A stretch of DNA of 64,000 bases from Camelus ferus. Taxonomy: Eukaryota. The translations under genes and the position numbers were made by a program. The stretch covers positions 108,688,001 through 108,752,000 of the forward strand of contig NC_045696.1 in the NCBI RefSeq assembly GCF_009834535.1, given 5' to 3'. The notes below the pieces were generated by a model. It was not told the DNA's origin. It made no database searches and saw only the letters and a list, made by a program, of their open reading frames with translations. Shown piece after piece: positions 37,521 through 51,014 of this stretch (position 1 is the stretch's first letter; each line of letters begins with the position of its first letter).

Positions 37521-39224
37521 TCCCGACTTCCATCAACCACCTCTGTCTGTGAGGGTCTGGGTCACTGCCTCGGCAAAGGGTCCTAGGAAAGGGGGTCACC
37601 CTCTGCAGGCCCTTCAGAAAACCAAAGCCCATCACAGAGGGCCTCACCCGAGGAGAGGCCAGGCCCCCACTGTGGAGGTTCTGCAATCAAGGATCCCGCC
37701 CACCCTCTGCATTGCACAGGTGGCCTGGTGGGGAAGCAGTTCACGACTTCCTGCAGAGTCTCCCAAGAACTCTGCCCTCCTTGTCTTCACCTCTAGGCCC
37801 CTTCATGCTCTGTAGTGGCTCTCCCATCCCCACCCCAGGCTCCTCTCCCCAGGGGATCTTCTGGCCAGAGGAAACGCCTGAACCCAGATGGTGGGGGAGA
37901 ATTAGCCCTGAGCCCCACTGAGCCATAAAGAGAACCGGAGAGGTGAATCCTTTACACCTGCAATGAGCCACACTCGCAGAACTGTGCTCAGAACTCGTTG
38001 CACCTGCGAGTGGTTAATTGCTAAACAGCAAATGCAATCAGGCACTTCCACATTATCTCCCGGCCGCAAGCCACCAGCACAGGAGTCACGCGTATACGCA
38101 TGGTCACACATGCGTGCACGCACGCACACACACACAGTATACATAGGGCTGCACATGCATGTACGGGGCACACCCACATACACAGGGGTGCACGCACACA
38201 AAGGAGGGAACGCAGAAGAAAGCAATTTGCCCTGAAAGACACTAAGGGGGGCCTTTTTATTAAAATACCAAGAAGCCGCGTTAGAAGAATCTAGATTAAC
38301 CCAAGGCTTGTACCAACATATAGGACACAGTCTAAGGCTCGGGCACCAGATAAGAGCCGTGCGGGAATGCAGATTGTTCTTATGATAAATTTGGGGCAAT
38401 CGTGGGAAACGAACTGGACCTGGCTCGCAGGGCCAGGCTGCAGACAGGCCGATCCTTTCTGGCCTCGCCAGTCATTGTGGAGCTCGATGTACACCATCAT
38501 TGAACTGCAGAGGACTGAGGCAAGTTGTAATTGTTATACTCGCAGGTTTTGTTTTTTTTTAAATCTCAAAATATCGCTTTGGAAAGTAACACCCCAAATC
38601 AGAGAGTGACCTTTAAAAACTCTGTTTGATGCCTCCTTTGTAGCCCTTTCTTCCTTCCTCCAGCTTCTTGGAGCTGTGATCCTGAGTTGTCAGATTCTTC
38701 CAAAATATTTCCTTTTCAGCAGCTGAGTGAGGAGGAATACATCTGTGTATTTAATTGTAGTCGGTTCAGACGTGGTAGGCTGGAGAAAGTCTGGCGCGGT
38801 AAGGAGAGGCACCAAGGCACGGGACCGGGAGACTGATGGGCAGAGCTGGGGATCCGGGCGTCAGAGCAGCACCGCCAGTTTACAGGACACCCTCCCACGG
38901 GGTCCGCGCCTTTGCCTGCCCTCCACACAGAGCCATGCCACCTCCACATCAAGACTTTCACGCTCTGTTAAGAGCATCAGTCCCTCCCCCTCCTCCCCCA
39001 CCTTTGTTCCTTTCCTTTCTCTTTCCTTCTTCCCGTCCTTTCTTCTTTCCCTCCCTCCCCTTCTCTCCTTCATTAATTCATCCCAAAGGACTCGAATGAT
39101 CAGACAACACGGGAAGTCATCCCTGCCTTCTCTGTGTGTGTAGGACAACTGCAGAGAATAATCTTTGTGTGTTGTTTCCAGGTCTCTGATTCAGAGACAA
39201 AAGAGTGCATGAGCAATAAAAATA

Positions 39225-39462
39225 AGTGTCATGTAGCCATTGAAGAGGAAGGGCTTAGACTTGTCCCAAATATAAACTCAGCTCTGCAACCTGCTAGCTG
39301 TGTGACCTTGGACAAATGGCTTATCCCCTGGGAGGCTGAATTTACTCATTTGTAAATGGGCATAATCCAGCCAACCACTCAAAACTGTAGTGAAGGTTAA
39401 GCTGAACTATTAGCAAAATGCCTGGCTTAATGCAAAGGCTCAATAATAATTAAATAAGTTAT
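39225..39462 (+). mobile_element. MIR SINE
   Basis: cagctctgcaacctgctagctgtgtgaccttggacaaatggctt...ctcatttgtaaatggg...aatgcctggc...ggctcaataa. Confidence 0.8.
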
Positions 39463-39600
39463 TTTTTGTTTGGTTTTGGTTTTGGGGGGAGGTAATTAGG
39501 TTTACTTATTTTATAATGGAGTACAATTTTATACTGGAGATGGAACCTAGACCCTCCTGCATGCTAAGCACATGCTCTATCACTGAGCTATACCTCCCCT
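39463..39600 (-). mobile_element. Camelid tRNA-Ala-derived SINE (Vic-1-like) in the MIR tail
   Basis: Minus strand reads ggggaggtatagctcagtgatagagcatgtgcttagcatgcaggagggtctaggttccatctccagta...aaacctaattacctcccccc. Confidence 0.88.
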
Positions 39601-39764
39601 CTAAATAAAGATTATTATTTTGCTTAACCATCAATAACTTATTGTCGAGGAAGGATCCACTAAGACTGGCTGTCTTCATGGAGAGTTTAGCTACAGCCTG
39701 AAAAAGCTGAATAGATTTTCAACAACCTCAGTTAGATTTTGGACTTCTCCAGGGAACCTTCTCA

Positions 39765-39845
39765 TCTCCCTATGCTTAGCACCTAGAGCCATACCTGGCA
39801 CAGGACAGGTGCTCACTAAACATTAGATGGGTAGATGGATGGTTG
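39765..39845 (+). mobile_element. L2 3' end
   Basis: agcacctagagccatacctggcacaggacaggtgctcactaaacattagatgggtagatggatgg. Confidence 0.65.
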
Positions 39846-40159
39846 CACATGGGCAAGCATGCGTGAATGAAAATGTGTAGAAGAGGGAAAGCATATTGTG
39901 AAGGGGGGCCAAAGGTACTGATGTAAGGAGACCACTGTGCACTTTGCCTTTTTTCCAGCTCTCTGTGTTCCAGGGATACGGTGGGATTGTGCTTCCTGGC
40001 CCTTTTGAGGGGTGAGACTGAAGCCATGAATCTCATTCTGGTGCTGAGTTTATTAGAGGCAATGTGTCTCACATCTAGGCTGGGACATTTAATTGCCAAT
40101 GCAAGACCCACAAGAGTCCCCTTTTCCTCTAACAGATGACTTTCAGTGGCATGACATAC

Positions 40160-40280
40160 AGCCTTGCCAACTCATGATGAACATACACTATGAGAGGGAA
40201 ATAAATGTGTTGTTTTAAGCCACTAAGTCTTGGGGAGTGTTTGTTACTGCACCATAACCTAGCCAATGCTGACTGGTACA
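40160..40280 (+). mobile_element. MLT1 (H/J/K-like) LTR 3' fragment
   Basis: gaaataaatgtgttgttttaagccactaagtcttggggagtgtttgttactgcaccataacctagccaatgctgactggtaca. Confidence 0.7.
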
Positions 40281-41008
40281 GGCATGATGGCTCATGAAAA
40301 ACTAATGGCAAAATCTGGTGTGGCTAGAGGGCTGGTGAGGGGAACCACCATGTGGGAAATGAAGTAAGAAAGCTCATTTGGAGCCACCTTTGACTACCAA
40401 GAATGAAGCAGTTGGTCAACACGTATCCCAGAAGACCCTAATGTGTCAGCAATGCCTTGGTAGGACAAGGATGACCCTGTGAGGTCCAGTGTCCTGCTGG
40501 TCCTATGCTTATCTCCTTGATCCAGCCTTGAAGGAGGGGAACTCTTGGAGCTCATGGATAAAGTGCTTAGAATTCCTAGGAAACCATGTCTTTGTCTGTT
40601 CCTCTCTCAGAGAGGTTCTCAATCCCTTTACTCAGCAGGATTACGCCAGATGAAATATCTTCCCTCCAATGTGCCACAGTGCTTGGCTTAGGATCAGTGG
40701 GCAGAGAACCTCAAACCACACAGCACTTAAGCCACTGGCCTAGTGTCATGTCCAGTGATCCACCTGATACGCACTGAGTGTTCATCCCAGCAGAGTGTGA
40801 CAAGGGCCACCTCTTCTCTGACCTGGTCCTGCCCAGGAGAAGTAAATAGGATGACCCAGAAGGCCTTTCTCCTCATGTGGCTGGAGAAATCCAAGGCATT
40901 ACCAAATTCCACTGCTAACAAGTCTTTCCAGAGGCTATCTTCCTCATCCCCTTTCTTCCAGATGACACAGAACCCGGCTCAATCTAGTTAGAAGAGAAAT
41001 CATCTGTT

Positions 41009-41570
41009 GTGGTTTTAAACATATGGCTGTGAATTTTTGATACCCCTCTCATCGAGGGATCTATTGGGACCTATGTCCCCTCCTGTTGAATCTGAGTGAA
41101 CTTGTGACTTCTCTGACCAGTGGGTAGAACAGAAGTGATGATGTGTGACTTCGGAGACAAGGTCATAAAAGCCAAGTAACTTCTGCCTTCTCTACTCAAA
41201 CACCCTCTCTAAGGACCCTGAACCATCTTGTAAAAAGTCTAACTGCCCTGAGGCAGCCATGCTATGAGGAAGCCCAGGCCACGTGGAGAAGGCACCTGAA
41301 AGGGCTCCAGTCCAGTTCTAGAACTCTCAGCTGAGCTTTCCCTTTTAGTCATCCCAACCCAGGTGCCAGACACGTGAGTGAAGAAGCCTCCAGAAGGTTC
41401 CACCTCCCAGCCAATCAAGTCTCCCAGCTGAGGCCCCAGCCATGGTGGAGCAGAGGCAACCCATCCCTGCTGTGCCCTGTCCAAACGCCTGCTCCAGAGA
41501 ATCTGCGAGTAATAAAAGTGGTTTATGCCTCTGTGGAGGTGTGTGTTACGCAGCAAGAGGTAAGCAGCAC
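41009..41570 (+). mobile_element. MLT1F/G-like solo LTR
   Basis: tgtggttttaaacatatggc...agaagtgatgatgtgtgacttc...ggtcataaaag...gccatgctatgaggaagcccaggccacgtggag...ggagcagaggcaacccatccctgctgtgccctgtcc...gttacgcagcaa. Confidence 0.85.
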
Positions 41571-41664
41571 ACAGCTCTACCCACCAAGGTCCCCACAGTG
41601 CAACATGGGGATAACAAAAACAGCTTCTGCATTCAGACATCAAAATAACCATAAAAATATATGA

Positions 41665-41810
41665 TTTCGGGGAAGAGAGTCTGGGCTCAAACACCATCTA
41701 TAACCACGCACTGACTGAATGGTCTTGGGCTGGTCATTTAAACACTTTCCTTTGCAATTTTTTTCCTTCTACAAAACAGGAATAATGCTGATCACAGTAA
41801 TAACTTCCTT
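41665..41810 (+). mobile_element. MIR fragment
   Basis: gtctgggctcaaacacc...gtcttgggctggtcatttaaac...ctacaaaacaggaataatg. Confidence 0.55.
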
Positions 41811-41919
41811 ACAAGCCCCCCCGTCTCTGTCAACAGAGTGAAAAAGGCCTGTTCTAAAATGTTTTCTTGTCTTGAGGCGAAGAACATAATCTTGAGCTAT
41901 TTATAAAGAATGGTATGAG

Positions 41920-41921
<2 letters not shown>

Positions 41922-41966
<45 letters not shown>
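41922..41966. repeat. (AC)~22 microsatellite
   Basis: Directly visible, uninterrupted. Confidence 0.98.
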
Positions 41967-41967
<1 letters not shown>

Positions 41968-42514
41968 TGTTGGTTGCCACTTTCTGAAGACAATGGATTC
42001 CTCTGGAACAAAAAATTCTAAAGTTACAGAGAGAACTGAAACACATCAATCTGGTTGCCTATTTTTTTTTCTTTCTTCATTTTAACATACTCCTTTACCA
42101 AAGTTTTTAAATTACACAATAGCTTTCAAAGATCTAATCACTAGATTTCATCTTCTTAAGATTCCAGGTTAAAAATACCTTAAACACACTTCTTCTGTCA
42201 GTCAAACCATAATGTAGAAGATACTGTACCATTCTAAATATAAGTTGAGAATATTTATTTCCCTAAGGAAAGATCCTCCAACAGCCTGATTCTGTTTCCC
42301 TGGGGGCTTTGACAAGGTACATCACAGGGCCAGAAATCCTGAGTGTCTGTCTAGCTTTCAGATCCCAGGACCAAGGCCCCAGCCCTGCCCTTCAGGGGAT
42401 CAGCGTGGTAGGAGAGGAAACTGAAGAAGACTGGCTCTATTTTACTCCTCTGAAGCCAGAGGGCAGCAGCATCCAACACCCCGCACATCACTGAGTGGTT
42501 CCCACGCCACTCTT

Positions 42515-43250
42515 CCATTCATTCATTCATTCACTCATTCAACACGTGCACAATGAGTCCTTGTAACACCTGCTCTGGGCTGAATGAGGAGCCACAGAAG
42601 TGACCTGGAGGCTGTCCTGCCCACAGGGAGCTCACAATCTCGCGGGAGGACTGGGAGAGAGAAGACGCTGCTGGTACCCTGTGATGCAGGCCACCAGGGT
42701 CGATGTTTACAAAGCACTCGGGGCACAGAAGCAAGGGCTGCTGACAAGCCTTTGTCGGGGAGACAGGGAAGGCTCAGTAAGCAGGAGCCATGTGAGCAGA
42801 CCTGAGCAGAACAAATCTAAGAGGCAGAGAAAGGAAATCCAGGAAGAGGAAAGGGTGTGTGAGTAACACTGAAAACCAGACTCAACTCTGGGAACCCCTG
42901 GGCACTGTTTGGCCAGAAGCATAAGGTGAGGCCATAAGAGATAGTTCTGGAGATAAGTTAGGGGCCAAATTATGAAATGCCCTGGTGCTAAGGGGGGATG
43001 GGGTGCACCAGATTTTATCCTGAAGTAGTAGAGACACTTAAAGAGTTTTGCATAGATGACCAAGACTAGCTTTGCTTTTTGGGAAGACCCCTGAGGCAGG
43101 CAGCCATGTGGAAGATGCACTGAGCAGCCAGGACAGGAGCGAGGATGACCAGAGAGGGCCTAACTGCAGTATAACTGGAGCAATGGGGAGAAAGGAAAGG
43201 TTTCAGAGATCCTTAGCAGCAGAATGGACAGAACTTAGTAACTCAGTGGC
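42515..43250 (-). mobile_element. L2
   Basis: (attc)n tail, ggagctcacaatct, ggggccaaattatgaaatgccctgg...gattttatcctgaag...ggagcaatggggagaaagg...gaatggacagaactt. Confidence 0.75.
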
Positions 43251-46200
43251 GTGGGGAGAAGGGACGGTTCTCCAGTTTTTGAAGCTCCAGACCAAGCCCC
43301 CTGCCTCCTCACAGAGGCTAACTCAGCCACAGGCCGATGTGCAGGCACAGCAGAGATGCCAGGCTCCTCCAGTCCTGGTCCCGCTGTCTGAGGCTCCTCC
43401 AAACGGGCCTGGACACAAGAAAAATGGAGGATGAGGAAAACAGAGGGCTAGTCTCCTTTGACTCCTTCCTCCACAAGTAGAGCCATCCCCCAGCCTGGCC
43501 TGGGAAGGCCAGAGGCTCCGTTCCCAGCCCTGAAGACTTCCCATGTTCTCTGGGGTCAGTCCTCTACCCTTATAGCTCCTGCAGACAACCCGGGGGGGCA
43601 TCCTGGGAGAAGGGGAAACTCATCCTGCCAGTGTGGAGGTGGGGTGAGAGGGGAACAGCTGAGAAGGCAGAGGGGAGGGAGAGCAGGGAGAGTCACAGAG
43701 CACAACCCTGCTGGGGAGCACCCCACACACATAAAACAAACAGAGGCTTTTCAGCCAGGAGCAAACTGGGGGCCCCTAATCCTGGGAAGACTGAATGTGC
43801 TCAAGATGATGGTGAGAAACTGGGGTGCAGTCATGGGAAGGAAGGGACCAGAGGGTGTCCCAGTCATTGAGGGAGAGTCTGCCCAAAGCACTGTGAGCCC
43901 TGCTGTCTTCCCTGAAGAGAAAGCCCAAAAATAAGGAAACAGGTATTTGGGGGCATCACCATGGTGTGGGCCCCCAGGAAAAGACAAACAGAATGTGGGA
44001 CTTGGGCATCCGCTGTCCCCGGGATGAATGTCCTGTAGCCCCTCCTGCCCCTCCTCTGGCCAGAAGCCAGGGATTGTCTGAGGCTCTCTCCTCCATATAC
44101 CAGGCCACTCGCTGTGACAGCACTTTGTGACACAGGGAGCAGGTTGAAAGTCTACACTGGCACTTCCTTCCGTATGAGCTGTGGCCTCTTAGCAGCTTCA
44201 AGCACCTCAGCTCCACCCCTCAGTTAAGCCACAGAGGTGGGATTACAGAGGTGGGATTGCAAATGGAGTGGCCACGGAGACTCAGCAGCCTGTCCTAAAA
44301 TACCCACAAGGAAGCTTCAGATCTTTAATTTTGACAAACTGGGTCTCAACCAGAAGCAAACGCCCTCCAGAACCTACCTTTCCTGGAAGAATGCAGGGCC
44401 CCAGCGTTGAAGGTTACAAAGCCCCCACCTACAGAAGGCAGAGATTTATCCGGGCTACTGTTTTCAGTAGATTTGTTGTTTTCCTTCGGGCTTTGACTAC
44501 AGAGTTCCCACATGTTGAAGGACAAGCTCTGACCTTTCTTTCCCCAGAAGCACTGGTACCATAGGATGCAGTTTTAGAGAAGTCCGTGTGGCATCACAGA
44601 AGAATGCCTGGGCGGCAGAGAGCGTATGAGGCACCCGGAGGAGACGGTGTGGCTTCTGGATCCAGGGACCCGTAAGCTAAAATCCAAACCTGGGGAGAAG
44701 TTGGCCAGGTGAAAAAAGAGCAAAAGTGTTCTGCAACAAAATGTAGACAATATCCGGAAGTTGGCAAGCAGGCCAAAAGTCCCCAGTCATCTCAGGATGG
44801 TTTGATCCCTTCCAGCTTTCCCACGAGTTGTTCCTGCCTGACGTTGCCCTGACTGAGCCAGGTGAGGATGCTGTTGCCAGGGACAGCCAGGCTATGGTGC
44901 CCAGAGGGGCTCTTGCACGGACCCAGCTGTGGCCTTGACCCTTCCTCCCTGCCCCTGCCCCGGAGCCAGGCCCAGAGGAGATGTGGCCAGGCTGCTGCTT
45001 TCCTGGCTGCTTCCATGGAGCTTTAAACTCATGTGGGGAGGGGTGGTCACAACACATGGCTATAGAACCCAAGGGGTTGGGGGGAAAGGGCAAACCTGGT
45101 GACAACCAACCAGTCCATACAGAGGACCCGCCTCTGACCATGGGCATCAGGACCCTCAGCCACAGAACATCTTATTTCCCTGCCTTTATTTCTCTTCATC
45201 CAATATCCTCATCTATTCCCTTGACTCTGTTGGTTCTTTTATGTCTATCCAGCGTCCTTCCCCAAAAGATTTAAAGCAGCCTGCATGGGTGAGCACACAC
45301 ATCCTCCAGGAGGCAGGAGACTGACTTTTCCCTCCCTCATTCTGCCCACTTAGATCTCTCTCTTATTCCATCTTTACAGATCTGAGATGAGGCAGGCAGG
45401 GCCCTCAGCACAGCACCAGCGGGCACATGGCATAGACCTTGGATCACGATGGGCTGTCAAGGGTAAGAGATGAGACAAACTGTCCCTTATGGCTGAGCAG
45501 TGGGAGCAGTGGCCACACCAGCAAAGCCCCCCCAGGATCCTTCCCCCACCTCCCCCTTACTCAGTCCCCGGGAGTATGTCCACTTGGTCTTTGCCCATCT
45601 CTACACATTCTCTTTAGCCTTGTCCTCAAGGCCAGGCCAGTGTGCAAGGCCTCCCCTGCTCAAGGCTTTCTGCCCTGACTCGAGTCCTGTGAATTGGTTG
45701 GTGGGGGGCAGGGGGCAGCCCTGACCCCAGTTCATGAGACATGGTATCCGGAAAAGAGTTGCCAACCTTGACTCCTAACTCAGTAGAACAAAGTCAATGG
45801 CTTTTAAAACCACTTTCTTCCTACATTTAAAAATAAGATCATGAAAAGCACCCCAGAAAAATCAATGCTGGGTTTTTAAAAGTCCCAATCAATATGACGT
45901 GTGAAAGTTCTCATTAAGAGAGAGGTGGGCGAGGTCAGAGAAACAAGGCGAATGGAGAAGGAAGAGATGGGGAGAGGGAGGACAGAAAGAGACAGAGGGT
46001 GGGGCTAGGGGAGGGTAGCAGCCCTGGGGAAGGAAGAAGGCAGCAGGGAGGTAGGGAGGAGCCCTGTGCCGAAGGCCCTCCTCTGCAAGAAACAGGGTCA
46101 TGAGCAAGAACAGGACGAGGACCCTTCTGGGGCTTCAGGTCTGCCTCCTCAGTTGGGAGGCAGAGAGGCAAATAGATCATGGGCTGGGAGACAAGTAGGA

Positions 46201-46394
46201 ACAGAGAAGTCAATTATTACTCCAGTTGGCAATTAAAGCAGGAAATCAAAAACTGTTCATAGAAGACACAGAAGTTCAGGGAGAGTGGCTGATGAGATTT
46301 ACAATGTGCACACTTGGACTTGAAGGGGGAGGGGCACCAGCACACTCCCTGTGAGTTAAAAATAGTAACATGCACACTGAACGCCCTTTGAGAG

Positions 46395-46598
46395 CCAGCA
46401 GTGAAAGGCGCATTTTGCATGCAGTAAGTCACTCAATTTTCACAACTACCCTAAGAAGTAGGTTACAGTTATGCCCACTTTACAGCTGAGAGGCACAGAG
46501 AAGTAAAGTAACCTACCCAAGGTGGAACAGCTAGCAGGTGGTGGAGACTGAGTACAAAGCCAGGCAGTCTGGCCCCAGAGTCTACACTCTTAGCCAAG
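46395..46598 (-). mobile_element. MIR SINE
   Basis: ttcacaactaccctaagaagtagg...cccactttacagctgagaggcacagagaagtaaagtaacctacccaaggt...ccaggcagtctggccccagagtctacactcttagcca. Confidence 0.85.
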
Positions 46599-46638
46599 CT
46601 TTGGAGCCTGTGGTGTCTGTGGGTGTGTGTGCACTTTT

Positions 46639-47109
46639 TTTTTTAAATTGAAATATAGTCAGTTTACAATGTGTCAGTTTCTGGTGTACAGCATAATGTT
46701 TCAGTCATACATGTAGATACATATATTCTTTTTCATATTCTTTCTCATTATAGGTTACTACAAGATATTGAATATAGTTCCCTGTGCTGTACAGTATAAA
46801 TTTGTTTATTTATATATACTAGTTAATATTTGCAAATCTCAAACTCCCAATTTATCCCTTCCTACCCCCTTTCCCCCAGCCCTGGGGACCATAAGATTGT
46901 TTACTACGTCTGTGAGTCTGTTTCTCTTTGGTAGATAAGTTCATTAGTATTTTCTTTTTTCTTTTTTTAGATTCCACATATGAGTGATAATCATATAGTA
47001 TTTTTCTTGCTCTTTCTGGCTTACTTCACTTAGAATGATGATCTCCAGGTCCATCCAAGTTGCTGCAAATGGCATTATTTTATTCTTTTTTATAGTTGAG
47101 TAGTATTCC

Positions 47110-47148
<39 letters not shown>

Positions 47149-47496
47149 TACATCTTCTTTATCCGGTCATCTGTTGATGGACATTTAGGTTGTTTCCATG
47201 TCTTAGCTATTGTAAATAGTGCTGCTATGAACATTGGGGGTGCATGTATTTTTTCAAATTAAAGTTCCTTCTGGATATATGCCTAGGAGTGGGATTGCTA
47301 GATCATATGGTTAGTCTATTTTCAGTTTTTTGAGGAACCTCCATACTATTTTCCATAATGGCTGCACCAAACTGCACTCCTAACAGTGCAGGAGGGTTCC
47401 CTTCTCTCCACACCCTCTCCAGCATTTATCATTTGTGGACTTTTTAATGATGGCCATTCTGACTGGTGTGAGGTGGACACCTCATTGTAGTTTTGA
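46639..47496 (-). mobile_element. Young camelid-type L1, 5'-truncated (about 860 bp), with internal (TG)n at 47112-47146
   Basis: Poly-T, then ttgaaatatagtcagtttacaatgtgtcagtttctggtgtacagc and ORF2-end sequence ending ...cctcattgtagttttga. TSD tgtgtgc[a/c]ctttt at 46626-46638 and 47497-47509. Confidence 0.92.
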
Positions 47497-50400
47497 TGTG
47501 TGCCCTTTTGAATGCTTGCTTGAGAATGTGCTCCTACAGTGACGAGGAATTTGTGAGCAGAGGGATGACTGAGCCGTCTGGGATTTAGGAAGATGAATCT
47601 GGAGATGGGGTGACCCTGGAGTGCTGGGATGGGGTTTGGTGAGAGGCCACTGTAGTCGGCAGGGTCTCCAACAGGAAGGCAGAGAGACGGGACACACCCT
47701 CCATCCCACAGGCAGCTGTCTAAAGACCATCCCCTCAGCCAAGTCACCAACTTCCCACTGGCCTTTGGCTCATCCCACCTGCAGACATGTGTCTCTGTTT
47801 TTCCAGGTCAGACAACACTTCTCAGCACCGCCCTGAAGAGATAAGGCACGCTCTCCTGCTCAGGCCTTGGAGCCAGGAGCCGCAGTGCTTTCTTTCAGGA
47901 TTAAGTATTCCACAAATGTTTTCTCCCCAGGTTCTTTGACAATCTCTAGTCCTAACCCACCCCATCACTCCTGGGCATTTAGATTCTGCTCAGATTATTT
48001 CTTTTGAAAGATCAGCATATAGACAAGGAGAGCTTTTAGAAGTTCAGCTTTCCTCCTACTGCCAGAGCTGTGGTGGACTCCCCCAGAATAAAGAAGCAAG
48101 GTGAGCTAGGCCTGGCCTGAACCGTGGTCAGCCCTGAGCTTCACCCTCAGGCCCCTTTGCCCTGTTCCCTGGGAAAGGCACGGAGCCAGTCAAGACAGCC
48201 AGGGGAGCAGTCCTTTTTGCTGGGGGCCTGCCCTTGAAACAGGCTGCAGACCCTGGTGTCAGGGCACACAGATGCCCACGACCCTGTAGGCCACTGGTGG
48301 TGCCATGGGACAGGGCTCGTGCAGGATGACACGGTCCCCACATCACAGAAAGCAGAATGACAGTGCCAGCCTCCCTCTGCCATCCGCTCAGTGGGCCATC
48401 AGATTGACCTGTTCTCTAAATCAGACTCCCAGTGGTTCCAAATGGGTCCATGGTGCACCCACCAGGGCTGAAGAGGGAGCAAGAAGAGGAATCAGACCAG
48501 GCTCCCAGAGACGGGGTTGAAGCTGAGGGGCCACTGGGATTTGCAGGTGCAAGAGGCCCCCACCTCGATCACAGCTGCGTGCCCCCCAGCCTCAGGGGCC
48601 AAGCTCAGCTCCCAGCGGTGAGGTAGGAGGGCCAGCTGGCCTCACTCCCATTCTGGAAAGCCCTCAAATTCACTCAGTGAGAGAGCCTCTCAGGACTAAA
48701 ATGAGGAATCCATCACAATCTCAAACTGCGTCCCCCATTATCCAACTAGCTGGCCTCCAGGGTGCTGCACGTGAACATGCTTTAGAAACCCTGCAAGTAT
48801 CTTCTCGTAGCATAATGTTACGTATTGCAGTTTTTGTGTTGAAAGCATTTATTTGTTGAATGCTAACAGTTACATCATACCAGTGTGGTAACCCTGTTTT
48901 GACATTATCATACGTATATTTTCAGAGGAAGACCCAAAGATCTAGGCACTCTCAGTACAGCTGAGAAGCCCTGCACTCAGTGATGACTCACAGCAAGGAT
49001 GCTTCAAAGGGGGAGAAAGGATGGGGACCAGTCGGGAGAGGCAGCCTCTGTGGGGCAGGTCTGCCCTAAGAGGAGCCACGGGGAGGTAGGTGTGGCCAAG
49101 GGAACAGGCGAGAAGCAATTCTCAGACACTGCTAAGTTTCTGTTTCTGATCTGTAATTAAGACCTCCATTTAAGCTGGTAACACTTAAAAAAAAAAAAAA
49201 AAAGACAAAGGAAAACATTTCAGCCAGCTCTGCGAGGGCTTCTTTTCTATGAATTATCACAAGTGTTAATGGGCGTCTTCATTAAAGTCTGATGACTCAA
49301 AATCAGCAGCCCCTCCCACTGAACGGAAACAAATTTATCAAAAGGGAAAATTAGCCAACTGGGTCCTACCCAGTGGTGGAAATGAGACAGAAATAGGAGA
49401 CAACATGGGTTTGCTTTTCTGGAAACAAACGCAGTATGTGACCAGATTCCAAAGAGGCCAGGAGCCTTAGCTGTTCAGAGATCATCAAAGAGCAGGGCTA
49501 GCTGAACTGAGGGCATTTTGCCAGGATCTGCTGGACCTGAAGGGTTCCGCTTTGGGGCGGAAGGCGGGATGGTATCCAGGGAGGCCAGCTAATTCCTCTG
49601 CAGCGAAGAAGGGGAAGGACCAGCTCCTGCAGGTGGTTACCACCACCCCCACCTCCCCTAGCCAGATCCCAACACACTCAGCGGCTGCCCTCCCATTCTG
49701 TCCCCATCAATGCCCTGCACTCCAAATTAGCATTCACTTTAAGAACAGTGTGCCTGCTGTACACACACAGCCTTCAAGTGCCCAGCTAGCTCCCTCCCCA
49801 CCCACCCAACCACACTGTGGCCACGAGCCCCGCCTACACAGAAATTCCAGCGCAGACCCCAGGGAGACACCACGTCAGCATGCCCCCCACCTGCCATTGG
49901 AGAGACATAGAGCGAGGGCTGCTGGGCCTCAGTGAAGGGACAGCAGGAAGAGGGGCTGGTTACAGAGGACGGGAATCCACCAAGTCCCCCACCCCATGTT
50001 ATCTAACCTGCCCTCTTCTCTTCTGGCCGCTCCCTCTCTTTGCTTCTCCGATTCCCCGGGCCTCCCCCTTGATAAGTTAAACCCCATCGCTGGAAGTGAA
50101 GCACTGTCAGCAGCTGTCAGTTGAAACCTCTCTTCTAGCCAACTCTGCCTCCCAAACAGCTTTCCCCGCGAGCCCCCTGCCTGCCAACCACCCCTCCTCG
50201 GAGTGGCTTCTCACACTCAGGCTGGAGGGTTGATTAGAGTTTAAGATCATTTTCCCAGGGCATTAGAAAGCTTTTTTTCTTTTCAGAAGTAGAAGGGGGG
50301 AAAAGGGATAAAGCTTAAATTTCACGGAACAAATACTTTAAGACGTAGAGGAAAAATGGTTTCATTGCTTAAGTTCTTCCTGGCATTGAACAATATGGTG

Positions 50401-50714
50401 GGCTGGTGAGTGAGAGCAGAGCTCGGGGTGGAGGGTTAGGAGTGGAGTGTAAACTCTGACAAACCTGTATTGCCTGATGGACCTGTGAGGCAGGGCTCTG
50501 GATAGCTCGCTTCAATCTGGATCTGACTGCTGTGGCCGGTGTGGGAGCTCCCACCAGCCACCCCTGTGCCTTCTCCCTCTACAGCTGTGTGCCCTAGGGG
50601 ACCCCAGCCTCTTTGTGCACCCAGTGCTTACCGATCACTCAGGACACATCAGTTAACAAGCAGACCCCTCTCCATGCACCCTCAGGCATCCCTGCCCTCA
50701 TGCAGCCCAGGTGC

Positions 50715-50915
50715 TAATGAAGAGACACAGATAATACACACAATCAGTAAGTAAGTCATATGCTATGTTAGAGATGATAAGTCCTATGGAAAAAAAATAA
50801 ATCGAGGTAGGGGAGATGGGAGGTTATGGAGGGTGGTCTACACCGTGAGTAGGGTGATCAGGGTAGGGGCCACTGAGAAGGTAATATTCAAGGAAAGGCT
50901 TAAAGGAGATGAAGG
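50715..50915 (-). mobile_element. L2 fragment
   Basis: gagacacagataatacacac...gataagtcctatggaaaaaaataaa...agggtgatcagggtaggggccactgagaaggtaatatt. Confidence 0.65.
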
Positions 50916-51014
50916 ATCCTTCTCTGATGTTGGGACAACTGGACATTGAAAGCAAAATAATAATAAAATGACCTTGAACCTGAACCTCACACCTTCAACA
51001 GAAGCTAACTGAAA

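Noticed and set aside
50632..50713. Additional - strand exon-like segment (acceptor tatctgtgtctcttcattag, donor TCG|gtaagc)
   Set aside because: The acceptor comes from an L2 fragment, the 82-nt length is not frame-preserving, and there is no independent support. It is likely a pseudo-exon.
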